DNA of 31,966 nt from Verrucomicrobiota bacterium (lineage in GTDB: Bacteria; Verrucomicrobiota; Verrucomicrobiia; Opitutales; UBA953): the NCBI GenBank assembly GCA_039796215.1, contig JBDKKH010000118.1, positions 1-31,966 of the forward strand, given 5' to 3'. Below the pieces are notes generated by a model. That model did no database searches and was not told the origin of the DNA. It was given only the letters and a program-made list of their open reading frames with translations. This document shows positions 8,856 to 18,700 of the stretch, one piece after another (position 1 is the stretch's first letter; each line of letters starts with the position of its first letter). The translations under genes were made by a program, and so were the position numbers.

Positions 8856-8876
8856 CCCTGACCGGAAACAACACTC

Positions 8877-9341
8877 ATGCGTCACCGCACCCATAATCAC
8901 GTTCTCGGCGTCAAGACGGCCCATCGCCGTTCGCTGATCGCCAACCTCGCGTCCGCGCTGTTCACCAACGCCCGCATCACCACCACGCTTTCGCGCGCCA
9001 AGGCCCTCCGTCCTTTCGCCGAAGGCCTGATCACCTACGCGAAGAAGGCCGAGCAGTCCGCCGACAAGGCCGTCAAGCTCCACTACTACCGCCTGGCCAT
9101 CGCCAAGCTGCGCAACGAAGACGCCGCCCAGCTCCTGTTCAAGGAGCGCGTGCAGCAGTTCCTCGGTCGCAACGGCGGCTACACCCGCATCTACAAGCTC
9201 GGCGCCCGCAAAGGCGACGCGGCTGAGACCGCCCTCATCGAGCTCGTCGCCAAGGATGAAAAGTCCCCGGCGATGACCCCGAAGGCCAAGACGGCCCGCA
9301 AGCCCAAGGCCAAGAAGGAAGCGGCCGCGGCTCAGGCCTAA
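8877..9341 (+). CDS. rplQ: 50S ribosomal protein L17 (bL17) with Lys/Ala-rich tail
   Basis: MRHR, ITTTLSRAKALRPFAE, RNGGYTRIYK, RKGDAAE. Confidence 0.99.
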   Translation: MRHRTHNHVLGVKTAHRRSLIANLASALFTNARITTTLSRAKALRPFAEGLITYAKKAEQSADKAVKLHYYRLAIAKLRNEDAAQLLFKERVQQFLGRNGGYTRIYKLGARKGDAAETALIELVAKDEKSPAMTPKAKTARKPKAKKEAAAAQA

Positions 9342-9363
9342 GTCCGCCGCCTAGGCTCGTACC

Positions 9364-9403
9364 CGAGACGCGTCCGCCCCCCGGCTGGCGCGTCTCGCCT
9401 TTT
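9364..9403 (+). terminator. Probable intrinsic terminator ending the alpha operon
   Basis: CGAGACGCG (9364-9372) pairs with CGCGTCTCG (9389-9397), followed by CCTTTT. Confidence 0.65.
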
Positions 9404-9420
9404 AAGACCCTTTCCCGCAC

Positions 9421-9657
9421 ATGCAGTTCCCCGTCGACCTCGGCGTCTTCCTGGCCTTCCTGGCTGGGCTGACCGTGGTCATCCTGTTCGGGCTGCAGGC
9501 GTGGTATGACCGCCGCGACGTGCTCCTGGCGGATCACCGCCGCATCAACTCCGCCTTCGCCTGCGCCCGTTGCGGCCTGACGTATGTCCGCCCCCGTCGG
9601 CGCGAAGAGGCGGTCTGCCCCGGCTGCGGCTGGAACAATGTTCGCCTCAAGTTCTAA
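9421..9657 (+). CDS. Small membrane-anchored protein with CxxC-x14-CxxC Zn-ribbon-like domain
   Basis: 78 aa; hydrophobic residues ~5-28, then CARC...CPGC; host-like codon usage; fills the gap between the terminator and guaA. Confidence 0.8.
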   Translation: MQFPVDLGVFLAFLAGLTVVILFGLQAWYDRRDVLLADHRRINSAFACARCGLTYVRPRRREEAVCPGCGWNNVRLKF

Positions 9658-9676
9658 ACTCCCCCATCTTCCTCCC

Positions 9677-11233
<1,557 letters not shown>

Positions 11234-11249
11234 GCCGGGCTTTGCCCCG

Positions 11250-11279
11250 TTGACACCCCCTCCGGGCGGAAACTAAATC
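11250..11279 (+). promoter_or_regulatory. Putative sigma-70 promoter for dnaX (possibly leaderless transcript)
   Basis: Perfect TTGACA at 11250-11255; imperfect -10 (CTAAAT/TAAATC) at 11273-11279; GTG start 6-7 nt later. Confidence 0.45.
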
Positions 11280-11285
11280 GGTCCA

Positions 11286-12824
11286 GTGTCTGATCCCGGC
11301 TTCCAGGTCATCGCGCGCCGCTGGCGCCCTCGCCGCTTCGACGAACTGGTCGGGCAGGAGCATATCGTCAAGACGCTCCGCAACGCCCTCGAGACGAAGC
11401 GGCTGGCCCATGCCTACCTTTTCGTGGGGCCGCGCGGCACGGGCAAGACCACCACGGCCCGTATCCTCGCCAAAGCGCTGAACTGCGCCGGCGGGCCCAA
11501 GCCGGACTTCTCCCTGGACGACCCGGTCTGCCTCGCCATCGAGCAAGGCAGCTGCCTCGACGTGGTCGAGATCGACGCGGCCTCCAATCGTTCGATCGAA
11601 GACGCCAAGAAGATCCGCGACGAGTGCCAGTTCTCCCCCACGAGCTGCCCCTTCAAGGTCTTCATCATCGATGAAGTACACCAGCTCACCAAGGACGCCT
11701 TCAACGCGCTCCTCAAGACGCTCGAGGAGCCGCCGCCCTGGGTGAAGTTCATCCTGGCGACGACCGAGGCGGACAAGGTCCTGCCCACCATCACGTCGCG
11801 CTGCCAGCGGCTGGAATTCCATCCGATCTCGGAGGAAGTCATCGCCGCCCAGCTCGCCCGCATCGTCAAGGCCGACGGCGTCACCGCCGACCAGCATGCG
11901 CTCACGGCCATCGCCCGCCTGGCCGCCGGCGGGATGCGTGACTCCCAGTCCATCCTCGATCAGGTCATTTCTTTCTCCGGCAAGACCATCGCCGAAGCGG
12001 ACGTGCTGTCGATCTACGGCCTCGCCTCGGCCCAGCAGGTGTCCGACCTCTGCCAAGGCATCGCCGCCGGCGACGGCAAGAAAGTCCTCGGGCTCTGCGA
12101 CGCTTTCCACGCCGAGGGCCGCGACCTCCTTCGCGTGCTGGCGGACCTCCAGGTCCGCGTGCGCACGGCGACGCTCGACTCCGTCCGTTCGGGTGGCGCC
12201 TCGCCCCAGCTCGGCGCCCCGCTCGCGACCGAACAGCTCGTCCGCTTGCTGGAATGCCTCCAGGAGGGGGAGAACGGCATCCGCCAAGGCCTTTCGCCTC
12301 GCGCTAACTTCGAGGTCACGCTCCTCAAGGCGATCGAGCAAAGCCGGTCTAGGTCGATAGACCTTCTCATCAAAGACATCGCCGCCGCCGCAGCTGGTCT
12401 CCCTCGGGAGCCCGGCCAAAAAAAAATAAGGACCCCGGCGACCGCTCCGACGGAGCCTGAGGCCTCGCCGGCGACGCCGGTCGAAACGCCGGCGCCCCGC
12501 CTGCCGGCGCCCCTTCGCGTCGTCGACGTGCCGGTGGAGGACACGGTTGCGTTCGAGGAATCCCTGCCGCCGCTCGATGCCGAGGCCGCGGAAGCGGAGG
12601 CCGCGCAATCAGACCGCCGCGAGACTTTCGTCTTCCCTGACGCGGAGCTGGCCGGCCTGCCGGTCGCCGAAGTCGGCAAGACCGCCTTTCCGGGCGACAA
12701 GGAATTCCAGGAGGCCGTCGACGCGCTGCCGCCCGGCCTGAGGCAGAAGCTGAAGGATACCATCGGCGCGGATTTCACGGCTTTGCGTCCCGTCCCGGCC
12801 GGCAAGCTGCGTCGCCCGCTCTGA
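11286..12824 (+). CDS. dnaX: DNA polymerase III subunit tau/gamma
   Basis: [74 protein letters not shown]; GTG start. Confidence 0.98.
   Translation: MSDPGFQVIARRWRPRRFDELVGQEHIVKTLRNALETKRLAHAYLFVGPRGTGKTTTARILAKALNCAGGPKPDFSLDDPVCLAIEQGSCLDVVEIDAASNRSIEDAKKIRDECQFSPTSCPFKVFIIDEVHQLTKDAFNALLKTLEEPPPWVKFILATTEADKVLPTITSRCQRLEFHPISEEVIAAQLARIVKADGVTADQHALTAIARLAAGGMRDSQSILDQVISFSGKTIAEADVLSIYGLASAQQVSDLCQGIAAGDGKKVLGLCDAFHAEGRDLLRVLADLQVRVRTATLDSVRSGGASPQLGAPLATEQLVRLLECLQEGENGIRQGLSPRANFEVTLLKAIEQSRSRSIDLLIKDIAAAAAGLPREPGQKKIRTPATAPTEPEASPATPVETPAPRLPAPLRVVDVPVEDTVAFEESLPPLDAEAAEAEAAQSDRRETFVFPDAELAGLPVAEVGKTAFPGDKEFQEAVDALPPGLRQKLKDTIGADFTALRPVPAGKLRRPL
12406..12471 (+). other. Putative programmed frameshift / transcriptional slippage cassette in dnaX
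   Basis: GGGAG (12406-12410), A9 run (12418-12426), TAA in the +1 frame (12427), TGA in the -1 frame (12458), stem CCGGCGA/TCGCCGG (12435-12441/12465-12471) enclosing GCTCC/GGAGC. Confidence 0.8.
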
Positions 12825-12826
12825 CC

Positions 12827-13285
12827 GTGGACGTCGCGCGCGAGATCGGCGTCATTTCCGACACGCACGGGCGCCTGCGCGCCGAGGCCGTGCTCGCTCT
12901 GACCGGCTGCGACATGATCATCCACGCGGGGGATGTCTGCGGTCCGCTGATCATCCCTCAGCTCGCCGAAGTGGCGCCCTGCCACGCCGTCGCCGGCAAC
13001 TGCGATGACGACGACACGTTGCCGCTCACCTGCCTGCAGGTGGTCGGCGGCCTGCGTGTCCTCGTCCACCATGGGCACCTGCCGGTCGACGAAGTCACGT
13101 TCCGGCCTGATGTCGTGATCACGGGGCACACGCATATCCCCAGGATCGAACAGGAAGGCGCCCTGCTAAGGCTCAACCCGGGCAGCGCCGGCCCTCGTCG
13201 ATTTAATCTTCCCGTGACGGTCGCCCGCATTACGGTGCGGCAGGGCAGGGCGAGCGCCCGCCTCATCACCCTCGACGTCCCATGA
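12827..13285 (+). CDS. YfcE/MJ0936-family calcineurin-like metallophosphoesterase
   Basis: Motifs ISDTHG, HAGD, GNCD, HHGH, GHTH, NPGSAG; GTG start 2 nt after the dnaX stop. Confidence 0.92.
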   Translation: MDVAREIGVISDTHGRLRAEAVLALTGCDMIIHAGDVCGPLIIPQLAEVAPCHAVAGNCDDDDTLPLTCLQVVGGLRVLVHHGHLPVDEVTFRPDVVITGHTHIPRIEQEGALLRLNPGSAGPRRFNLPVTVARITVRQGRASARLITLDVP

Positions 13286-15813
13286 AGCAGCCTCTGCCCA
13301 TCGATGCTTTGCAGGACGGGCTCGTCGCCGCCTGCGGTCGCGTCCGCCGGCTGGTGCTCCGCGCGCCGACCGGTTCGGGCAAGTCCACCCGTATCCCGCA
13401 GATGCTTCTGGATCTGGACCTCGTGCAGGGGCAGATCATCGTCCTCCAGCCCCGCCGTATCGCGGCTCGTCTGCTGGCGGCCCGCATCGCCCAGGAACGC
13501 GGCGTGCGCCTCGGGGGGGAAGTCGGCTATCAGATCCGCTTCGAGCGCGTGGAGTCGGCCCAGACGAGGATCAAATTCGTGACGGAGGCCTTGCTGCTCC
13601 GTCAGATGGCTTCGGACCCGGGGCTCAAGGGCGTGGGGGCCGTGGTGTTCGATGAGTTCCATGAGCGTAACCTGCACTCCGACGTGGCCCTCGCGCTCGC
13701 GCGCCGCCTGCAGGAGACGCACCGCCCGGACCTGCTGATCATGGCGATGTCCGCGACCCTCGACACGGAAGGCGTGGCGAAGTGGCTCGGTTCGGCCGAG
13801 ACGCTGGCCGCCGACGGTCGCGCGTATCCGGTCCAGGTCGAGTACACGCACCTGCCGCGCAATTCGACCCGGCCGATCTGGGACGCCGCCGCCGAACAGG
13901 TCCGCCGTGTCCTCCGGGAGGAAGCCGAAGGCGACATCCTGGTCTTCATGCCCGGCTCCTATGAGATCATGCGGACCATCGGGGCGGTGCGCAATCTGCC
14001 GGAGTCCGGTGGCGTCGACATCCTGCCGCTCTACGGTGAGCTGCCTCCGGAAGAGCAGGACCGGGCGGTCAAGCCGAGTCCCGGGCGTAAGGTCATCGTG
14101 GCGACTAACGTCGCCGAGACCTCGCTGACCATCCCCGGGGTCCGCGCGGTGGTCGACGCCGGCCTGGCCCGCATCGCGCGCTTCGATCCGCATCGCGGGA
14201 TCGACACATTGCTCGTCGAGCCGGTCTCGCAGGCTTCCGCCGAACAGCGCGCCGGCCGCGCCGGCCGTACCGGCCCCGGCCGTTGTATCCGCCTCTGGTC
14301 GCAGACCGACCATGAAGCGCGGCCGCCGCGTGAAGTCCCCGAAATCAAGCGGGTCGACCTTTCGGAGACGATCCTGCTGCTGCTTTCGTCCGGCTGGGGC
14401 GAAGCGACGACTTTCCCTTGGTATGAGAAGCCGGATGACAAAGCCTTGCTGCGCGCGCTGACCGTCCTCGCCGATCTCGGCGCCGTCGACGCCCATGGTC
14501 GGCTCACGGCCCTCGGCCGGCGGATGTCGGTCTTCCCGGCTCATCCGCGTTACGCGCGGATGCTGCTCGCGGCGGGCGAACTCGACTGCGTCCATGAGGT
14601 CTGCCGTATCGCCGGGCTAGCCCAGGGACGGGATATCCTTTTCCGGAAGGTCGATGACCGCACCGAGAACGCCCGCGACTCGGTCGAGCAGGAAGACGGC
14701 TCCGACTTCTTCCCGCGGCTGGCGCTCCTCCGGCGCGCGGTCGAGATGAAGTTCGACGCCGACGCCTGCGATCGCTTCGGCGTTCACGGACAGGCCGCCC
14801 GGCAGGCCGATCAGGCCGCCCGGCAATTCCTTCGGCTCGCCGAAGGGCAGGGGTTGCCCGTCAGCGACCGGGTCTCCGACCCTGCCGCCGTCCGTCGTTG
14901 CCTGCTGCTGGGCTTCTCTGACCGCCTCGCGGTGAGGCTCGACGCCGGCACGCTGCGCTGCGCGCTCGTCCATGGACGCACCGGCGAACTGCGCCGGGAG
15001 TCCGCCATCCGTAACGCCAAGCTCCTGGTCGCCGCCGAGGTCGACGAGATCCAGGCGCGGGGAGGCGTCACGACCTACCTCTCCTTGGCGACCGCCGTCG
15101 AAGAGTCATGGCTGCAGGAACTTTTCCCCGCGGATTTCTCGACGGTCCGCCAAGTCCGTTACGACGCTTCGCAGCGTCGCGTGGTCACGCGCGTCGAACG
15201 CCGTTTCCGCGACCTCGTGCTTGAAGCGAAGGAGAGAGACGACGCGCCTTCCGACGCCGCCAGCCGCCTGCTCGCGGAAGAGGTCGCCGCCGGACGTCTT
15301 GAGTTGGAGCAGTGGGGCGCTCCCGTCGACGCGTGGATCCGCCGCGTCAATTTCCTCGCGAAGCACTGTCCGGAGCTGGGCATCCCTCCTTTCGATGAAG
15401 CGGCGCGGAGGATGGTCATCGAAGAAGTCTGCGCCGGCGCGGTCGCCTACCGCGATATCCGTGAACGTCCGGTCTTCGGGGTCGTCCGCGGATGGCTTTC
15501 CCACGAGCAGGCCATGGCGCTTGAGTCCTATTGCCCCGAGAAGATCGTGCTGCCGCGCAAGAAGCACCCGGCCCGGATCGAATACACGGAAGACGGGCAG
15601 GCCGAGGTCGAGGCCACGGTGCAGGAACTTTACGATTTCCCCGGCAGCAAGCTGCGCGTCTGCCTCGGCAAGGTGCCGATGGTTGTCTGCATCCAGTCGC
15701 CGGCGCGTCGCACCCAACAACGCACCACCGACCTGGACGCCTTCTGGAAGGGCTCCTACGAAGGCGTGAAGAAGGAGCTGCGCGGCCGTTACCCCAAGCA
15801 CGAATGGCGCTGA
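13282..15813 (+). CDS. hrpB: ATP-dependent helicase HrpB
   Basis: APTGSGKST, QPRRIAAR, DEFHER, MSAT, ATNVAETSLTI, QRAGRAGRTGPG; C-terminal FWKGSY...ELRGRYPKHEW typical of HrpB. Confidence 0.96.
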   Translation: MKQPLPIDALQDGLVAACGRVRRLVLRAPTGSGKSTRIPQMLLDLDLVQGQIIVLQPRRIAARLLAARIAQERGVRLGGEVGYQIRFERVESAQTRIKFVTEALLLRQMASDPGLKGVGAVVFDEFHERNLHSDVALALARRLQETHRPDLLIMAMSATLDTEGVAKWLGSAETLAADGRAYPVQVEYTHLPRNSTRPIWDAAAEQVRRVLREEAEGDILVFMPGSYEIMRTIGAVRNLPESGGVDILPLYGELPPEEQDRAVKPSPGRKVIVATNVAETSLTIPGVRAVVDAGLARIARFDPHRGIDTLLVEPVSQASAEQRAGRAGRTGPGRCIRLWSQTDHEARPPREVPEIKRVDLSETILLLLSSGWGEATTFPWYEKPDDKALLRALTVLADLGAVDAHGRLTALGRRMSVFPAHPRYARMLLAAGELDCVHEVCRIAGLAQGRDILFRKVDDRTENARDSVEQEDGSDFFPRLALLRRAVEMKFDADACDRFGVHGQAARQADQAARQFLRLAEGQGLPVSDRVSDPAAVRRCLLLGFSDRLAVRLDAGTLRCALVHGRTGELRRESAIRNAKLLVAAEVDEIQARGGVTTYLSLATAVEESWLQELFPADFSTVRQVRYDASQRRVVTRVERRFRDLVLEAKERDDAPSDAASRLLAEEVAAGRLELEQWGAPVDAWIRRVNFLAKHCPELGIPPFDEAARRMVIEEVCAGAVAYRDIRERPVFGVVRGWLSHEQAMALESYCPEKIVLPRKKHPARIEYTEDGQAEVEATVQELYDFPGSKLRVCLGKVPMVVCIQSPARRTQQRTTDLDAFWKGSYEGVKKELRGRYPKHEWR

Positions 15814-15817
15814 AAGC

Positions 15818-16498
15818 ATGAGCCCTGTCGCCTTTACCTGGTCTTCGGTCCCGATCCACGTCGTGGATTTCGAGGGCAGTCCGCGTACCGGCGTGGTCGA
15901 ATTCGGAGTGGCCACGCTGCTGGGCGGCGAAGTGGTCAGCACGTCCACGCGGCTGCACGCCCCGCGGGCGCCGATCCCGTCGATCGATACGCAGTGCCAC
16001 GGACTCGGCGCGCGGGACCTCGCGGGACTGCCGCCTTTCGAATCCGAATGGGACCATTGGGTCTCCTTGCGCCGCTCCGGACTTCTGGCGGCCCATAACG
16101 CATCCGTGGAGGCCGGCCTGCTGCGCGGCACATGGGCGCGGCCGTCGGCCGTGCCGGCCTTTGTCGGCGAAGCCACGGCCGTCGCGGAATGGGGCCCATG
16201 GGTGGACACCTGCCGGCTGGCCCGCTCATGGGCCCCCAGTCTGGGCGACTACCGGCTTTCCTCCCTGATCGCCGTCCTGCGGCTCGGACCGCGGCTCGAG
16301 GCTTTGGCCTTGGAGCATTGCCCGCCCCGACGCCGCCGTTACCACTGCGCTTTATATGACGCCCTGGCGGCGGCCTTGGTCCTGCGCGCCCTTTGCGGCC
16401 AGGATGGCCGTTCCGTCGCCCCCCTGTCACAATTAGTCCGTGACAGCCTCACCGCGTCGGCGGCTGATGACCTCATGCAAGGTGAGTTGGGGCTCTAG
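15818..16498 (+). CDS. DEDDh (DnaQ-like) 3'-5' exonuclease
   Basis: ExoI VVDFEGS, ExoII AHNASVE, VDT, ExoIII HCALYDA. Confidence 0.88.
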   Translation: MSPVAFTWSSVPIHVVDFEGSPRTGVVEFGVATLLGGEVVSTSTRLHAPRAPIPSIDTQCHGLGARDLAGLPPFESEWDHWVSLRRSGLLAAHNASVEAGLLRGTWARPSAVPAFVGEATAVAEWGPWVDTCRLARSWAPSLGDYRLSSLIAVLRLGPRLEALALEHCPPRRRRYHCALYDALAAALVLRALCGQDGRSVAPLSQLVRDSLTASAADDLMQGELGL

Positions 16499-16544
16499 TT
16501 TCCGCTTCACTCTGGCTGGTCGTCCTACCTAGATAGGGTCTCTT

Positions 16545-17546
16545 ATGGCTAACAAGTCCCCCATTCGCGTCGCCGTCACCGGCGCCGCCGGCAACATCGG
16601 TTACGCCGCCATCTTCCGTCTCGCCTCCGGCGCCGTCTTCGGCCCCGACCAGCCGGTCGCCCTCAATCTGATCGAAGTCGGGCCCGGTCTCAACGCCCTC
16701 GCCGGCGTCGTGATGGAGCTCCAGGACTGCGCCTTCCCGCTGCTGACCGACGTCGTCGCCACAGGCGACCTCAACGAGGGATTCAAGGACGCCGACTGGT
16801 GCCTGCTCATCGGCGCCGTGCCCCGTAAGGACGGCATGGAGCGCAAGGACCTGCTCGGTATCAACGGCAAGATCTTCATCGGCCAGGGCGAAGCCATCGC
16901 GCGCAGCGCCAAGAAGTCCGTCAAGGTCCTCGTCGTCGGCAATCCCTGCAACACCAACGCCCTCATCGCCCTGCGTTCCGCCGGCAACCTGCCCGCCGAG
17001 AACTTCTTCGCCATGACCCGCCTCGACGAGAACCGCGCCAAGTCGCAGCTCGCCGGCAAGGCCGGCGCGCACAACTCCGTCGTCAAGAACGTCGCCATCT
17101 GGGGCAATCACTCCTCGACGCAGTATCCGGACTTCACCAACGCCACCATCGCCGGCCGGCCCGCCGCCCAGGTCATCACCGACCACGCTTGGCTCAAGGA
17201 GACTTTTGTCCCCGACGTCCAGAAGCGCGGCGCCGCCGTCATCAAGGCCCGCGGCGCCTCGTCGGCCGCCTCGGCCGCCAACGCCGCGCTCGACACCCTG
17301 CGCAGCCTGCACTTCCCGACCCCGGCTGGCGACTGGCACTCCGTCGCCGTCCTGTCCAAGGGCGAGTACGGCATCGCGCCGGGCATCATGTTCGGTTACC
17401 CGATCCGCACCAAGGCCGATGGCTCTTGGGAGATCGTGCAGGGACTCCCGCTAGACGCCTTCTCCAAGGAAAAGATCGCGATCACCGAGAAGGAACTGCT
17501 CGAAGAGCGCGCCACCGCTTCGGAAGCCCTCGGCCTGAAGCTCTGA
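16545..17546 (+). CDS. mdh: Malate dehydrogenase (MDH type 2 family)
   Basis: [62 protein letters not shown]. Confidence 0.98.
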   Translation: MANKSPIRVAVTGAAGNIGYAAIFRLASGAVFGPDQPVALNLIEVGPGLNALAGVVMELQDCAFPLLTDVVATGDLNEGFKDADWCLLIGAVPRKDGMERKDLLGINGKIFIGQGEAIARSAKKSVKVLVVGNPCNTNALIALRSAGNLPAENFFAMTRLDENRAKSQLAGKAGAHNSVVKNVAIWGNHSSTQYPDFTNATIAGRPAAQVITDHAWLKETFVPDVQKRGAAVIKARGASSAASAANAALDTLRSLHFPTPAGDWHSVAVLSKGEYGIAPGIMFGYPIRTKADGSWEIVQGLPLDAFSKEKIAITEKELLEERATASEALGLKL

Positions 17547-17560
17547 AGCCGGCCGGATGA

Positions 17561-17602
17561 CATGAAAGGCGGCAAGGGGAAATCCTTGCCGCCTTTTTCA
17601 TG
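17561..17602. terminator. Bidirectional intrinsic terminator between convergent mdh and the DUF362-like gene
   Basis: AAAGGCGGCAAGG-G[GAAA]T-CCTTGCCGCCTTT: long perfect stem, GNRA loop, T-tract on + and A-tract giving a U-tract on -. Confidence 0.9.
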
Positions 17603-17650
17603 CCTTGCGTACGCGGCGCGCGCCGCTCGGCCGGATATCTCGCCGGACGA

Positions 17651-18652
17651 TCAGGGCGCGGCGAGACGGACCAGCGTGATGTCGGCCGGTCGGCAGGTGC
17701 CGAGGCGGATTTCGCCCGCATTCGCGGCGCTGAAGATCGGCGGCTCAGGATGGATCGTGGCGATGCCGCTGGCCTTCCGGCCGGCGTTGATCTTCTGCAG
17801 TCCGATGAAGTCGATGATGACGGGGTTGGCGCTGCCGAGCAGCGTCTTCTCCGAGCGACACCAGCCGGCGTCGAATCCCGGTCCCCCGAGCACCTGGAAG
17901 CGCTCGAGCGAAAGCAAGGTGAGGACGTTGCGTCTGGCGAGTTTCGGGATCGCGCAGACTTCCACCGCGGCCTTGGAGGCGTTGAACGGGTTGTCCAGGA
18001 AACGTTCGGCGTTCGCCATGTTGCCCAAGGAGGCGGCGGCCATCGCGCCGTGGACGCCGAGGGACTTGCTGTCGCTGAGCACCGGCAGGTTGATCCAGAA
18101 GTCCACCTCGTCGATGAGAGTCTTGGGCAGGACGCTTACCCGGGCATCGCCCCAAGGCACGTTCTGCGCGCCGGGCCGAGGCATGACCTGGTTCTCATAG
18201 CGCAGCTGAGTTTCGGCGGCCCAGGCCGGAGCGAGGCTCTCCCACGCCAGGACCGGGAAGCCTTCGAATTGTTGCCGCTCCGTCGAAAGCGGCGGCAGGA
18301 AACCCGCCTGACGCAGGCTTTCAGGTTTGGCGTCGCAGAGCGTGATGGTCTGCTGGGCGAAGCCGCGCCGTATCAACGCCGCGGTGATGGCGCGCACCAG
18401 CGGCTTCGGGGTGGATAGGCCGGCGCCGCCTTCGGATGAGAGCTTGAGGCCGCAACGGCGGAGTTCCGAGGGGCGGAGGAAGACGCCGGTCCGTGCTTCG
18501 AATTCGGACAGGGTCTTCTCGATGGCCGGGGCGTAATCTCGGTCCTCGAAGCCGGCGAGCTTCTGCTCGATGAGCAGGAGCTTGGGGTCGGTGGCGCCGG
18601 ACAGCACGGCGGAGCCGAGTGCTAACCAGGCGAAGGCGGCGAAGAAGCGCAT
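17651..18652 (-). CDS. Exported DUF362-like protein (divergent)
   Basis: N-terminal signal-like MRFFAAFAWLALGSAVLS; segments GLKLS...STPKPLVRAITAALIRRG and DFWINLPVLSD...GVHGAM resemble the DUF362 pattern. Family call by recall only. Confidence 0.65.
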   Translation of the reverse strand: MRFFAAFAWLALGSAVLSGATDPKLLLIEQKLAGFEDRDYAPAIEKTLSEFEARTGVFLRPSELRRCGLKLSSEGGAGLSTPKPLVRAITAALIRRGFAQQTITLCDAKPESLRQAGFLPPLSTERQQFEGFPVLAWESLAPAWAAETQLRYENQVMPRPGAQNVPWGDARVSVLPKTLIDEVDFWINLPVLSDSKSLGVHGAMAAASLGNMANAERFLDNPFNASKAAVEVCAIPKLARRNVLTLLSLERFQVLGGPGFDAGWCRSEKTLLGSANPVIIDFIGLQKINAGRKASGIATIHPEPPIFSAANAGEIRLGTCRPADITLVRLAAP

Positions 18653-18700
18653 GGGGTCATCTTCCGCCCGAAGGCACGCCTCCGCAAGCCGCTGTTTTGT

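Noticed and set aside
9342-9676. Purine riboswitch upstream of guaA, or HypA identity for the 78-aa ORF
   Set aside because: The space is occupied by a terminator and an ORF with no aptamer consensus; the protein lacks the N-terminal MHE nickel motif of HypA and there are no hydrogenase genes nearby.
11234-11285. SRP RNA (ffs), often found next to dnaX
   Set aside because: The spacer is only 52 bp and has no SRP domain IV motif.
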